From: an uncultured Clostridia bacterium
Lineage (GTDB): Bacteria > Bacillota > Clostridia > Oscillospirales > CAG-272
DNA length: 60,814 bases
NCBI GenBank assembly: GCA_944384585.1
Contig: CALWTY010000006.1
Coordinates: 1 to 60,814, forward strand
Direction of reading: 5' to 3'
Shown here: piece after piece, positions 1 to 9,206 of the stretch
Layout: every line of letters starts with the position of its first letter
Position numbering within the stretch: position 1 is the stretch's first letter
Notes under the pieces: generated by a model
The model's input: only the letters and a program-made list of their open reading frames with translations
Databases searched by the model: none
What the model was told of the DNA's origin: nothing
Position numbers and translations under genes: made by a program

Positions 1-1
1 G

Positions 2-115
2 ATGGATATTGTCGAGATGCTACAAGAACAGGCGGCCGTTAAGAATTCTCAAGTGAAGTATAATTTTAATATAAAACGGTATGATTTCGTTCTTGATGAG
101 AAAAACCGGATATGA
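2..115 (+). CDS. Probable 3' end of an upstream gene (partial; ...NIKRYDFVLDEKNRI*)
   Basis: Frame is open from the window edge to TGA at 113-115; product not recognisable. Confidence 0.4.
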   Translation: MDIVEMLQEQAAVKNSQVKYNFNIKRYDFVLDEKNRI

Positions 116-121
116 TATGAT
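93..121 (+). promoter_or_regulatory. Putative sigmaA promoter for the accessory cluster
   Basis: TTGATG-N17-TATGAT with extended -10 TG. Confidence 0.45.
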
Positions 122-176
122 TATATTCAGAAAAGGCAGATTCCCCAAAATCAGTCGAGAAAAAAGGAGAGAAGGT

Positions 177-1346
177 ATGTATTACAACATTCGGGAAACC
201 GAGGAACGAATCGAAAAGGTCAGAGGAATTCTGCGCCGGAACGGACTTGATGCCGCGCTGGTATACTTTGACGAGCTGAATGTGGCAAACGGATGGTATT
301 TGAGCGGTTGGTGCGGTCAGTTTGAAAAGGGAGCGGTGCTTGTCCCGCTCAAGGGAGAGCCTTGGTTGCTGGGAGGCCCGGAAAGCGAACATTTTGCCAG
401 GCAATCGTCTGCGATCGGGAATACCAGGAGCTTCCCGGTCTTTATGGTACCGGAGGAGGAATATCCCAATGCCGAGATCATCACTTTTTCCATGCTCGCC
501 GAGGAGCTGCGCTCCGGAGGAACGATAATACAACGGCTCGGGCTTGTGGGAACTAACGCTGTACCGCTTCAAGTCTATCGTGATCTGACAGAGGGGTTCA
601 AGGGTGCGGAAATACTCGATATTACCTCGGAATATGAAAAACTGCGCGCGGAAAAAAGCGAGTGGGAGCGGGAAAATATGCTGACGGCGGTCGGGTTCTG
701 CGATCTTGCATACCGGGAAATGAAGAATAAAATCGCGCCCGGAGTCTATGAATATGAGGTTGCGGCGGTCGGAGAGGCTGTGTGTCGGGCAAGAGGATGC
801 AACTCCTTTGCATACAGCACGATTGTCGGATCCGGGGAACGGGCGATGGCGGTCGTTCCGACTGCAACCGACAAGCGGATGGATGCGGGAGAGCTGGTGA
901 TGATCGGAATCGCCCCCAGATTCAAGGGATATGCCGGCACCATGGGCGATACGCTTCCCGTGTCCGGCGAGTATACGGCGGTTCAGCGCGATTGCATGAA
1001 TCATCTCAGGGAAGTCATGCGGTTGACGAAAGAGATGCTCCGTCCCGGCGTTTCGGGAAGGGAAATCGATATGCCGGGGAGACGGTATTTTGAAAAGCAC
1101 GGATTGTTTGAATACCTTGTCTGCCCGTTTGCCCATACGATCGGCTTAATGGAGGCGGAAGCACCGTTTTATGGACCGAACAGCGACGATATTTTGATCC
1201 CCGGTATGACGGTTATGGTGGATGTCAGCTTTTTCGGCCATCCGAAGCTCTATGGCGCAAGGATCGAGACGGGCTATATTATTACGGAAACCGGCTGTCG
1301 TCCGATGTCCCCGATGATGGACGAGCTGTTCTCCCGTGAATTGTGA
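177..1346 (+). CDS. M24 (Xaa-Pro peptidase/creatinase) fold protein with a degenerate metal site
   Basis: Creatinase_N-like N-terminus plus pita-bread motifs (LRAEKSEWE, AHTIGL, GARIE); start moved to ATG177 after AAGGAGAGAAGG. Confidence 0.8.
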   Translation: MYYNIRETEERIEKVRGILRRNGLDAALVYFDELNVANGWYLSGWCGQFEKGAVLVPLKGEPWLLGGPESEHFARQSSAIGNTRSFPVFMVPEEEYPNAEIITFSMLAEELRSGGTIIQRLGLVGTNAVPLQVYRDLTEGFKGAEILDITSEYEKLRAEKSEWERENMLTAVGFCDLAYREMKNKIAPGVYEYEVAAVGEAVCRARGCNSFAYSTIVGSGERAMAVVPTATDKRMDAGELVMIGIAPRFKGYAGTMGDTLPVSGEYTAVQRDCMNHLREVMRLTKEMLRPGVSGREIDMPGRRYFEKHGLFEYLVCPFAHTIGLMEAEAPFYGPNSDDILIPGMTVMVDVSFFGHPKLYGARIETGYIITETGCRPMSPMMDELFSREL

Positions 1347-1396
1347 TCAAAGAAAATCAAAATCCGACAGGTCTCTGTGAGACGGAAAGGAAAACA

Positions 1397-1756
1397 ATGA
1401 ACATAGGAAAAAAGCTGTGGGTCTTCCCAGACGGAGATCTTCCTCCGCAGGGAGACAGCGAGCCTTTCGGCCATGAAGCATTGATGATCGTCAATGCAGG
1501 AAATGAAGAGGCGGAAATATCCATGACGCTGCTGTTCGAAGAAAAAGAGCCGAAAACCGGAATTCGCTTATCTGTCCCCGCACGGAGAGTGAAGTGTTTT
1601 CGCATGGATCTGCCGTTGGGGAAAGAGGGATATCGTGTTCCCTTCGGCCAGTTTGCGGTGCTTTTGGAAAGCAGTACCGAGATCGTGGCGGTTTACGGCC
1701 GGCTTGATCGGAGAAAGGATATGGCATATTATCCCGTGCAGGGCTATTCGGTGTGA
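1397..1756 (+). CDS. Sensory rhodopsin transducer (ASRT) family protein
   Basis: GKKLWVFPDGDLPP...GHEALMIVN...VPARR...RLDRR matches the ASRT pattern; ATG1397 after AAAGGA. Confidence 0.8.
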   Translation: MNIGKKLWVFPDGDLPPQGDSEPFGHEALMIVNAGNEEAEISMTLLFEEKEPKTGIRLSVPARRVKCFRMDLPLGKEGYRVPFGQFAVLLESSTEIVAVYGRLDRRKDMAYYPVQGYSV

Positions 1757-1799
1757 TGAATCTGCTGTCGACGGTAAAGTGTGGAAAGGAGAATGGAAG

Positions 1800-3302
1800 A
1801 TGAAGCATAGAGCAGCAGGAACAGTCGGATTTTTTCTCGTCATAGTGCTTTTAGTCAGTATTTTTGTTTCTTGTGCGGGGGGAAGAGAAAACGGGAAAGC
1901 GACGGGAGACGGAACCGACCTCCCCGGCTCCGGCGGATATGATGATCCCGACAATTACGACAGCCTTGAGGCCCGGAAATTGGTTCCCGACGATCTTCCC
2001 GGGATGGATTTTGAGGGAAGCACTTTCGTCATGGTAGCGCAAACAATGCATAAGGATGATCTGCTTGTTGAGGAGCAGTCGTCAAATCAGGTAATGAGCG
2101 CCGTCTATTCCCGTAATCGCATGATAGAGGATCGGTATCATGTCTCCTTCGAATTGATCGACTTCCCGTATGAGGACATGAATGCCTTTGTACAACAATG
2201 CTCCAGAGCGGGAGAGCAGGCGTTTGAGCTTCTCTTTGGGCAGGCAGTGGCAAACGGTTATCTTCTGATGGATGATTGCCTGATGAACTGGTATGAAATC
2301 CCGTATATCAATTTCAATAAACCGTGGTGGTCGGAATGTAATATAACCGATCTGACATATGAAGGAAAAGCGTTCAGCGTGGTGGGAGCGGTCTGTCTCT
2401 CGGCGCTGTACACCGATCAGTGCATCTTTTATGACAAAACGCTTGCCGCTTCCTATGAGCTCGGGGATCTGTATGAAATCGTCGACGCGGGAGATTGGAC
2501 GTTGGATAAGCTCGAGGAGCTGACTAAGTCGATTTACATCGACGTCAATAAAAGCGGCGGGCGGGATCTTGAGGATTTCTACGGCCTGGTTATGGATCCG
2601 CATGGCGATTTGGATGCGTTTATGTGGTCCTGCGGAAACAAGATCATGGATATGAGCTCGGGGAAACCGGAACTCGTGCTGCGGAGCGAACGCATTATTG
2701 ATCTCTGTGATCGGTTGAAAGAAATGTGCTATGCCACGGAAGGGATCTATACCGATGTGAACTATGTCGGAGAATACGGATATGCCGAGGGATTGGGACG
2801 CGATATGTTCCGGAACGGGAAATGCGTTTTTTGCACGACGACTCTGAATTCTTCTCTGCAATATTTCGCAGATATCGAAAACTACGGGATCATTCCATAT
2901 CCCAAATGGAACGAAGCGCAGGATAATTACCAGACCCTGGTCGGCGGAAGCCACGACGTGCTGTCGGTTCTCCGGTGCGCGGTGGATACCGAGATGATCG
3001 GGATTATTACGGAGGTTCTCTGCGCCGAGACATGGAAGACTGTCGAGCCGGTTTATTATGATGTTGCGCTTAAAGTGAGGGGCGTCCGGGATGAGGACGC
3101 GGTCCGCATGATTGATTTGATTGTGGACGGCCGGATGTTTGACTTCGGCTATCTGTATGATATGTGGTATGGTTGGTCGTTCTGCTTCGAGAGGATCATC
3201 AATGACGAGCGTCTCAGCTTTGAAGTGTATTATGCTGCAAAGAGCGAGGAGGTGGAGCGTCACTATCAGTCGATCATCGATAAGTTTGAAGAGTATTTTT
3301 AA
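1800..3302 (+). CDS. Extracellular solute-binding lipoprotein (carbohydrate-type)
   Basis: Lipobox FVSC; WTLDKL and YGIIPYPKWNEAQDNY motifs typical of clostridial SBPs; RBS AAAGGAG. Confidence 0.8.
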   Translation: MKHRAAGTVGFFLVIVLLVSIFVSCAGGRENGKATGDGTDLPGSGGYDDPDNYDSLEARKLVPDDLPGMDFEGSTFVMVAQTMHKDDLLVEEQSSNQVMSAVYSRNRMIEDRYHVSFELIDFPYEDMNAFVQQCSRAGEQAFELLFGQAVANGYLLMDDCLMNWYEIPYINFNKPWWSECNITDLTYEGKAFSVVGAVCLSALYTDQCIFYDKTLAASYELGDLYEIVDAGDWTLDKLEELTKSIYIDVNKSGGRDLEDFYGLVMDPHGDLDAFMWSCGNKIMDMSSGKPELVLRSERIIDLCDRLKEMCYATEGIYTDVNYVGEYGYAEGLGRDMFRNGKCVFCTTTLNSSLQYFADIENYGIIPYPKWNEAQDNYQTLVGGSHDVLSVLRCAVDTEMIGIITEVLCAETWKTVEPVYYDVALKVRGVRDEDAVRMIDLIVDGRMFDFGYLYDMWYGWSFCFERIINDERLSFEVYYAAKSEEVERHYQSIIDKFEEYF

Positions 3303-3311
3303 GGAGGACAG

Positions 3312-6065
3312 ATGATGACTAAACATTTGCGGTATGTCTTTTCGGTCCTGTTGTGCTGTTTTCTCGGAGTGCTCACATCCTGCGGAAACGGTGAGAAGAG
3401 GCCGGAACCCGATACCACAAAAGAGGAAGGTTCCATTATGATGACGGATGAGCAAATTGTTTTTTCCAACCGCTATGTTTCATTGACCCTCAACCGAAAA
3501 GGGAAAATCACCTCCCTGACGGATGTCGCGTCAGGTGAGGAGCTTCTGATATCCGGGCGTCCCAACGCCGCCGCTTATCTTACCGGAAAAGGGAACGACA
3601 ACAGAATTTATCCCGAAAGAGCCGAATGGGATGAAAACGGGAAAATCACGGTTACTTTCCGGAACGGCAGCCGGGCTGCGCTGTCCGTCAGCGTGTACCC
3701 CGAAATCATGGTGATCGCCGCGGAGGAGGTGCCGCAAGACTGCTATGGCATGACCTATTTTGAGCTTTCGCTGAATCCGGAAAACGCGGATCGGTTCCGC
3801 GCCTTTGGATACGCCATGAAGACAAATACGGACACGGTTTATTTTCCGAGCGATTTCGGAATGATCACGGCAAGATGCTATCCCGAAATCGGGACAGATG
3901 GCTCAAGGTTTGCCCTTGTCTGCACGCCGGTTAAAGAATTTGAAGAAACTCTTCGGATTGTGAATCAGTATATTGAACCGGGAGAAATGAACGTATCGGA
4001 AACGGGAGGCGCTTGGGCAAAAACGGCGGAGATCAATCGCAAAACCTATTCGATCCTGACGGATATCAATGCGGAGGATGTTCTGACGATCGCAAAGGAT
4101 TTCCAAAGCAAAGGGATTGGTCTTGTTAACTTTCATTACGGAACCGTTTTCGTTCAGGGGGATATGACCTTTCATGAGAAATACGGCGGGGTGACGGGCT
4201 TTCGGAACAAGATCACCAATGTATTCCGGGCTTACGGTATTGACGTCGGGATGCATACCTACACCTCCTATCTTCAGCAGAGCAGCCGTTATGTTTCGGA
4301 TCCCGAGTGGCAAAAGGATCTTGATATTCTCGGAAGGTATACTCTGGAGCGGGCGCTGGACAGTAGTGACAAAGTCGTGATTCTGAAGGAAGGATATGAC
4401 TCCTTTTCCACGACCGTCGGATATTCGATCGAAAACAGCAGGTATCTTTTGATCGACTCCGAGATTATCGAATTCAGACGCGTATCCGACTCCGGACTGA
4501 CGCTGTGCATCCGCGGGGCGCTTGGTACGAAGCCTGCTGCGCATCGGGAAGGCGCTGAGGTGCGCCATCTCGTGATGCTGTTTGACTGTCTCCGCGCAGC
4601 GCAGGGCAGTGAGCTGTTCTATCAGATTGCAAGGGATACGGCGGAGGCATATAATGCGGGGGGCTTCAGCGCGATATACTTCGATGCCATGTTCGGTACG
4701 CCGGGATATGGCTATCATGACATGGAGTACAACTTCTATTACACGGCAGAGTTTATCCGCGAGGTGTTGGCACACTGTGAAAAAGCGCCGCGTATTGAGT
4801 ATTCCGTTATGCTGCCGTCTCTGTGGTATTCCCGTTCTTGTATGGGAGCGTGGGATTTTGCCACAAGAGGCTATAAGGATTATATCGGATTTCATTGCGA
4901 GGTAAATGAAGATAACGACGGCTCCTATTATCTTCCCACGACGCTTGGATGGTATAATATGTTCCCGTCCGCTTCATATTATAAGGATCCTCTTCCCGAT
5001 TATCAGATCCATTATATGTTCGAGGATGATGTTGACTATCTCGGAAAAAGCATGATCGCAACCGATTCCTCACTGGCATACTGGATCAATTCGGACGGAG
5101 GGAAATATCCTGCTCTGACGAAAAACCATGACAGAATCGCGCTGTATGACAGGCTGCGTCTTGAGAACTGTTTTTCAGAGGAAATTCGCCGGCGGCTCGG
5201 AGAGGGCGAGTGGAAGCTCATTGAGAAGAACGGAAAATACGGTTTTCGACAGATGCAGTATCATCGGTCGGTGATTACTTCCGAGGAAAGCAATCGGGTC
5301 AGCGGGAGCAACCCTTTTGAGGAATCTGCTCCGGAATATATCCGTATTGAGGGGTTGTATGCCGCAAAGCCGGGCGGGCGGGAACAGCTTTTGGCAGATT
5401 TTGATGAGAACCTGCCACTCGGTGAAAATCCCCCGGCTGCCGTTGCCTTCCAAACTCCGCTTGACATTTCCGAGATTCCGGCGCTGAAGGTAAGAGTATA
5501 CGGGGACGGTTCCGGCGATTATATTTCGATCCAGCTGAAGAGCGCGGTCGAAACGATCCCGGGAACGGTGGATCATCTGATCTGTCTCGATTTTACCGGA
5601 TGGAGGGAAATGACGCTGGCGGAAGCCATGACGGGGATATATCCCGGCACAAGATGGTCGGAGGACTGGACGACCTATGTGCATGAGTACCGCGAGCTTT
5701 GTGCGCACGAGAAGTTGGTTTGTCTCAATGTTCGGCTGATCGGAGAATGCAAGAATGTCAGACTGGATTGGATCAAGGCTGTCGAGGCTTCCGATAATAT
5801 CATTTTCAACCCTTCTCTGATCCTGAACGGAAGCAAATTGACCTTTTACTGCGAGTTGACCGCCGCTTCTTTTATTGAATTGACGGATGGTAAAGCGATG
5901 CTGTATGATGCTTACGGAAACAGTCGGGAGATTTCCTTAAGCGGAACACTCCCTGAAGTGAAGGGGGAGTACACGGGAGAACTGAACTGCAGCAGCACAA
6001 CGACCGGCGAACTGCGGGCGTATGTCACGGTAGGGTTCGGAGGTGAGGAATTGTTTGATCCCTGA
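3312..6065 (+). CDS. Large lipoprotein, putative glycoside-hydrolase-like TIM-barrel enzyme with a CBM11-like C-terminal domain
   Basis: Lipobox LTSC; GMHTY and GGFSAIYFD motifs; VRVYGDGSG...LDFTGW; paralogous to 9207-11906; function is inference. Confidence 0.55.
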   Translation: MMTKHLRYVFSVLLCCFLGVLTSCGNGEKRPEPDTTKEEGSIMMTDEQIVFSNRYVSLTLNRKGKITSLTDVASGEELLISGRPNAAAYLTGKGNDNRIYPERAEWDENGKITVTFRNGSRAALSVSVYPEIMVIAAEEVPQDCYGMTYFELSLNPENADRFRAFGYAMKTNTDTVYFPSDFGMITARCYPEIGTDGSRFALVCTPVKEFEETLRIVNQYIEPGEMNVSETGGAWAKTAEINRKTYSILTDINAEDVLTIAKDFQSKGIGLVNFHYGTVFVQGDMTFHEKYGGVTGFRNKITNVFRAYGIDVGMHTYTSYLQQSSRYVSDPEWQKDLDILGRYTLERALDSSDKVVILKEGYDSFSTTVGYSIENSRYLLIDSEIIEFRRVSDSGLTLCIRGALGTKPAAHREGAEVRHLVMLFDCLRAAQGSELFYQIARDTAEAYNAGGFSAIYFDAMFGTPGYGYHDMEYNFYYTAEFIREVLAHCEKAPRIEYSVMLPSLWYSRSCMGAWDFATRGYKDYIGFHCEVNEDNDGSYYLPTTLGWYNMFPSASYYKDPLPDYQIHYMFEDDVDYLGKSMIATDSSLAYWINSDGGKYPALTKNHDRIALYDRLRLENCFSEEIRRRLGEGEWKLIEKNGKYGFRQMQYHRSVITSEESNRVSGSNPFEESAPEYIRIEGLYAAKPGGREQLLADFDENLPLGENPPAAVAFQTPLDISEIPALKVRVYGDGSGDYISIQLKSAVETIPGTVDHLICLDFTGWREMTLAEAMTGIYPGTRWSEDWTTYVHEYRELCAHEKLVCLNVRLIGECKNVRLDWIKAVEASDNIIFNPSLILNGSKLTFYCELTAASFIELTDGKAMLYDAYGNSREISLSGTLPEVKGEYTGELNCSSTTTGELRAYVTVGFGGEELFDP

Positions 6066-6066
6066 A

Positions 6067-6102
6067 CAGCAGGTTCTCCCCGGAGGGGAGGATCGCTTGC
6101 TG
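6067..6102 (+). other. Intergenic stem-loop without a U-tract
   Basis: CAGCAGG-TTCTCCCC-GGA-GGGGAGGA..CTTGCTG. Confidence 0.5.
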
Positions 6103-6151
6103 ACGATCGAAATACGCGATATCCCATTTAACCACAAAAGGAGGAGTTATC

Positions 6152-7003
6152 ATGAGAAAACTGTCAGTTCTGTTGATTGCCGCATTAACGGTGAGCCTTC
6201 TGTTGATCCCTGCCTCGGCAGCCGATGATATCAAGCTGGATTTTTCATCGGAATCTGCGGATATCAGTATGCTGACGACAGGAGAATTTCATTATTCATG
6301 GATGCTTACCGGCGCAACGAATGCACAGGGAAGTTATCATTTTGCCAGCACCAACAACCCTGCGGCCACAGTCGATTTCTGTATTTCCGTGCTGACCGAT
6401 CGCTTTTCCCCCGATCTTACGCCCTATAATACGTTGCGGATCAAATGGCTGACGAGTGCAAAGGTGGGGCTGACAAACGTGCTGGAGATTGCAGGGGAAA
6501 GCGGAGATCTGACCTTCGAGTTTGAAATCACGGATCAAAGCTATGTCTACGACCCCACTGCATTCGATGAAATCGGAAACGACGGGTTTACGGTGACCGA
6601 TTTCGATATCAGCTCACTCGGCGGAAAGCTCACGGAATTCGAGCTCTTCCCCTATTATGACGATATCAATCTTCACGCATATTATTTCTATATTGAATCC
6701 ATCGAATTTCTTTCCGAAACCTCCGAAAACGCCGTAACGGTTCCACCGCCGACTGCAACCGTGCCTGAGTCCGATTCCGCGGAACAGACCGAGGAACTGA
6801 CGGTTCAGGAGACAACGGAGAATGAAATCCCTTCACAGACTCACGCCGGCTCCTCTGTGCCTCAAACGGGTTCCGAAAGCAGCGAAGAGGAGAAAGATGA
6901 TAAAACGTTCTTTCCTCATCTTCTTCTGATCGCTGCGGGCGTGCTTGTTATCGCCGTCATTGTTGTCGTTGTGATCAAAACAAAGAAAACCGAAAAGGAG
7001 TAA
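6152..7003 (+). CDS. Secreted, C-terminally anchored beta-rich protein
   Basis: Signal peptide ending ASA; S/T/E-rich linker; VPQTG; C-terminal TM helix and basic tail; RBS AGGAGG. Confidence 0.7.
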   Translation: MRKLSVLLIAALTVSLLLIPASAADDIKLDFSSESADISMLTTGEFHYSWMLTGATNAQGSYHFASTNNPAATVDFCISVLTDRFSPDLTPYNTLRIKWLTSAKVGLTNVLEIAGESGDLTFEFEITDQSYVYDPTAFDEIGNDGFTVTDFDISSLGGKLTEFELFPYYDDINLHAYYFYIESIEFLSETSENAVTVPPPTATVPESDSAEQTEELTVQETTENEIPSQTHAGSSVPQTGSESSEEEKDDKTFFPHLLLIAAGVLVIAVIVVVVIKTKKTEKE

Positions 7004-7007
7004 TGGT

Positions 7008-7757
7008 ATGAAAAAAACCGCATTTTTATTGACAGTATTCATGTTTTTCGCAGCGTTTTCCCTGACCGCTTTCGCAGAGAATGTCGTGTTTGATTTCACG
7101 TATAATGCCGAAACCCCGAACTATTTTATTGATACTACGGGGTTAACCGGGTCGATAGCCGCTACAGCCTACGGAGATGCCGTGTCAAACTCCTATCTGA
7201 TGCGGGTCGATGACAATGTTCTTGCCTACCTCCGCTGCAATCCCACAGGAGATTTCGGGTACAAGCAGCCGTCCTTCCGGATTGATCCGAACGTGGTCAA
7301 TCAGGATCTGACCGGTTACCGGGAAATTGAAATCAAGTGGGCGGCGGATGACGCCTCTCTTCTGGGCAAAAAGACCGTTGTGACGATTACGACGAATCGT
7401 TCATCACAAAAAACTTTTGAACTGACGTTAAACGAGGAGCATCTTTGCGACAAGGACTTTGAAATCAGTAAAACGGCGCAGAGCTTTTCCGCCACGACTC
7501 TTGATATCTCCGATCTTGAAGGCACAATAACCGAATTTACGATCATGCCTTTTCGTGAGCTTTATGATGCGGGAGGGAACTGCGGCGCGGCAAAGTTTTA
7601 TTTGCAAAGCATTGAATTGATTGAGGGGAATGCAGCGTCATCCGAACAGGAGGACGGAAGCGCGGGGGCTCCTGAAACTTCCGCTCCGCTTCTTGCCGCG
7701 GTCACGGCAGCCGTGATCGCCGGTACAGCGGCAGTTTATTTGAAGAAACGGAGATAA
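7008..7757 (+). CDS. Secreted cell-surface protein with a sortase-like sorting signal
   Basis: Signal peptide ending AFA; APETS followed by hydrophobic stretch and KKRR; resembles 6152-7003. Confidence 0.7.
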   Translation: MKKTAFLLTVFMFFAAFSLTAFAENVVFDFTYNAETPNYFIDTTGLTGSIAATAYGDAVSNSYLMRVDDNVLAYLRCNPTGDFGYKQPSFRIDPNVVNQDLTGYREIEIKWAADDASLLGKKTVVTITTNRSSQKTFELTLNEEHLCDKDFEISKTAQSFSATTLDISDLEGTITEFTIMPFRELYDAGGNCGAAKFYLQSIELIEGNAASSEQEDGSAGAPETSAPLLAAVTAAVIAGTAAVYLKKRR

Positions 7758-7800
7758 TCGAAAGATTCCGTTTTGAAAGCAATGTTGAACGGAAAGGAAG

Positions 7801-7830
7801 AGGCTTTGCGGCGAAAATGCCGCAAAGCCT
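7801..7830 (+). other. Perfect 12-bp stem-loop upstream of the MlrC-family gene
   Basis: AGGCTTTGCGGC-GAAAAT-GCCGCAAAGCCT. Confidence 0.65.
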
Positions 7831-7843
7831 TTGCGGGAAAGAT

Positions 7844-9205
7844 ATGAGAATATTTGTGGGGTCACTGCAGCAGGAAACCAATACCTTCAGTACGGTTGGA
7901 TGCCGGCCGGAGGATTTTGACATCGTCAGAGGCGAGGCGATGGCGGAACGAACGCCGGCAATCGGAATCTTTCGGGAGAAGGGCGCGGAGGTCATCCCGT
8001 CATATTATGCCATTGCTGTCCCATCCGGCAGAATGAAAAAGGGCGATTTTCTGATGATGGTGCGCGAAATGGAGGAGGCTCTTCGTGACGCCGGCAAGGT
8101 CGATGCCGTCTGGTTATATCTTCACGGAGCGATGGATGTGGAGGAGCTTGGCTCCGGAGAATTATATTTGCTGAAAACCCTGAGGGCTGTTACGGGAATG
8201 TCGATTCCCTATGCCGTCGCGCTTGATTTTCATGCGAATCTCTCTCCTGAAATCGTGCGATACGCAAACGTGATTCGGGGATATCGAACCGCTCCGCATC
8301 GTGATATGAAACAGACTCAGGAGCAGACAGCGAGGCTTTTGATTGCCTGTGTGGAGGGGAGGTGCCTTCCGACCCCCTGCATGGAGGTGATTCCCGTGAT
8401 TCTGCCGGGAGACAGGGTGCTGACCGACTGTGAACCGTTTGCCTCTGTGAACCGGCTGATGGATGAGATGGAACAAAGGCGCGAGGTGATGAGTGTATCG
8501 GTTTTTATCGGTCAGAATTGGGCGGATACACCGAATAATCATATCAGCATCGTCGCGATCGGGGAGGAGGAGAACGCCTCCCGCTGCGTCGGACTTCTGC
8601 GAGAGAAATTGTATAAGATCCTTCCGCACTACCGAACGAATCAGGAGGGGGCGAGTCCGGCGGAGGCCCTGGAAAAAGCGAGAAAGATCAAGGGGAAGAC
8701 GGTTTTTCTCAGCGATTCCGGTGATAATACGACTGCGGGCGCAAGAGGGAATCGCACCGATATGCTGTCTCTCTGCGTATCGATGGACGTGGATCATACC
8801 CTTGTTGCGGGAATTTGCCTTCCCGATCTCTGCCGTGAGGCAATGACGGAAGGAAACGGAAGCATTGAGATCGGGGGATGCGGAAAGTTTACCGTGATGA
8901 AATCCACGGAGCAGTTGCGAGGATGGGATGGCGAAAATTGCGGGAATGCAGTTTTGATTTCTGACGGGAAACGTGATGTCATTCTGACAGAGAGGAGATG
9001 CGCTTTCGTGTCGCCGGCGCAGTTTGCTTCGCTTGGGGTTGACTGTAAGAATTATGAAATTGTTGTGGTGAAGCTCGGTTATCTCTGGCCTGAGCTTTCT
9101 CAAACCGGCGGTCTGTCGATCATTGCCGTAAGCGACGGAGAAAGCTGTACCGATCTGCACAGACTTCCTTATCGCGAACTGGCAGAAGGGACGGTGTTGC
9201 TTTGA
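7844..9205 (+). CDS. MlrC/M81 family metallopeptidase or deacylase
   Basis: QETNTFS, LHGAM, DFHAN, YRTAPHRD, DSGDN and VVVKLGY motifs. Confidence 0.85.
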   Translation: MRIFVGSLQQETNTFSTVGCRPEDFDIVRGEAMAERTPAIGIFREKGAEVIPSYYAIAVPSGRMKKGDFLMMVREMEEALRDAGKVDAVWLYLHGAMDVEELGSGELYLLKTLRAVTGMSIPYAVALDFHANLSPEIVRYANVIRGYRTAPHRDMKQTQEQTARLLIACVEGRCLPTPCMEVIPVILPGDRVLTDCEPFASVNRLMDEMEQRREVMSVSVFIGQNWADTPNNHISIVAIGEEENASRCVGLLREKLYKILPHYRTNQEGASPAEALEKARKIKGKTVFLSDSGDNTTAGARGNRTDMLSLCVSMDVDHTLVAGICLPDLCREAMTEGNGSIEIGGCGKFTVMKSTEQLRGWDGENCGNAVLISDGKRDVILTERRCAFVSPAQFASLGVDCKNYEIVVVKLGYLWPELSQTGGLSIIAVSDGESCTDLHRLPYRELAEGTVLL

Positions 9206-9206
9206 T

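Noticed and set aside
81-176. Extended N-termini in the ORF track (also purE, purN, fhs, OGG, deoD, mtaB, radC, DUF4317)
   Set aside because: Downstream starts have better RBS and family fit; the extensions overlap promoters, the riboswitch or neighbouring genes
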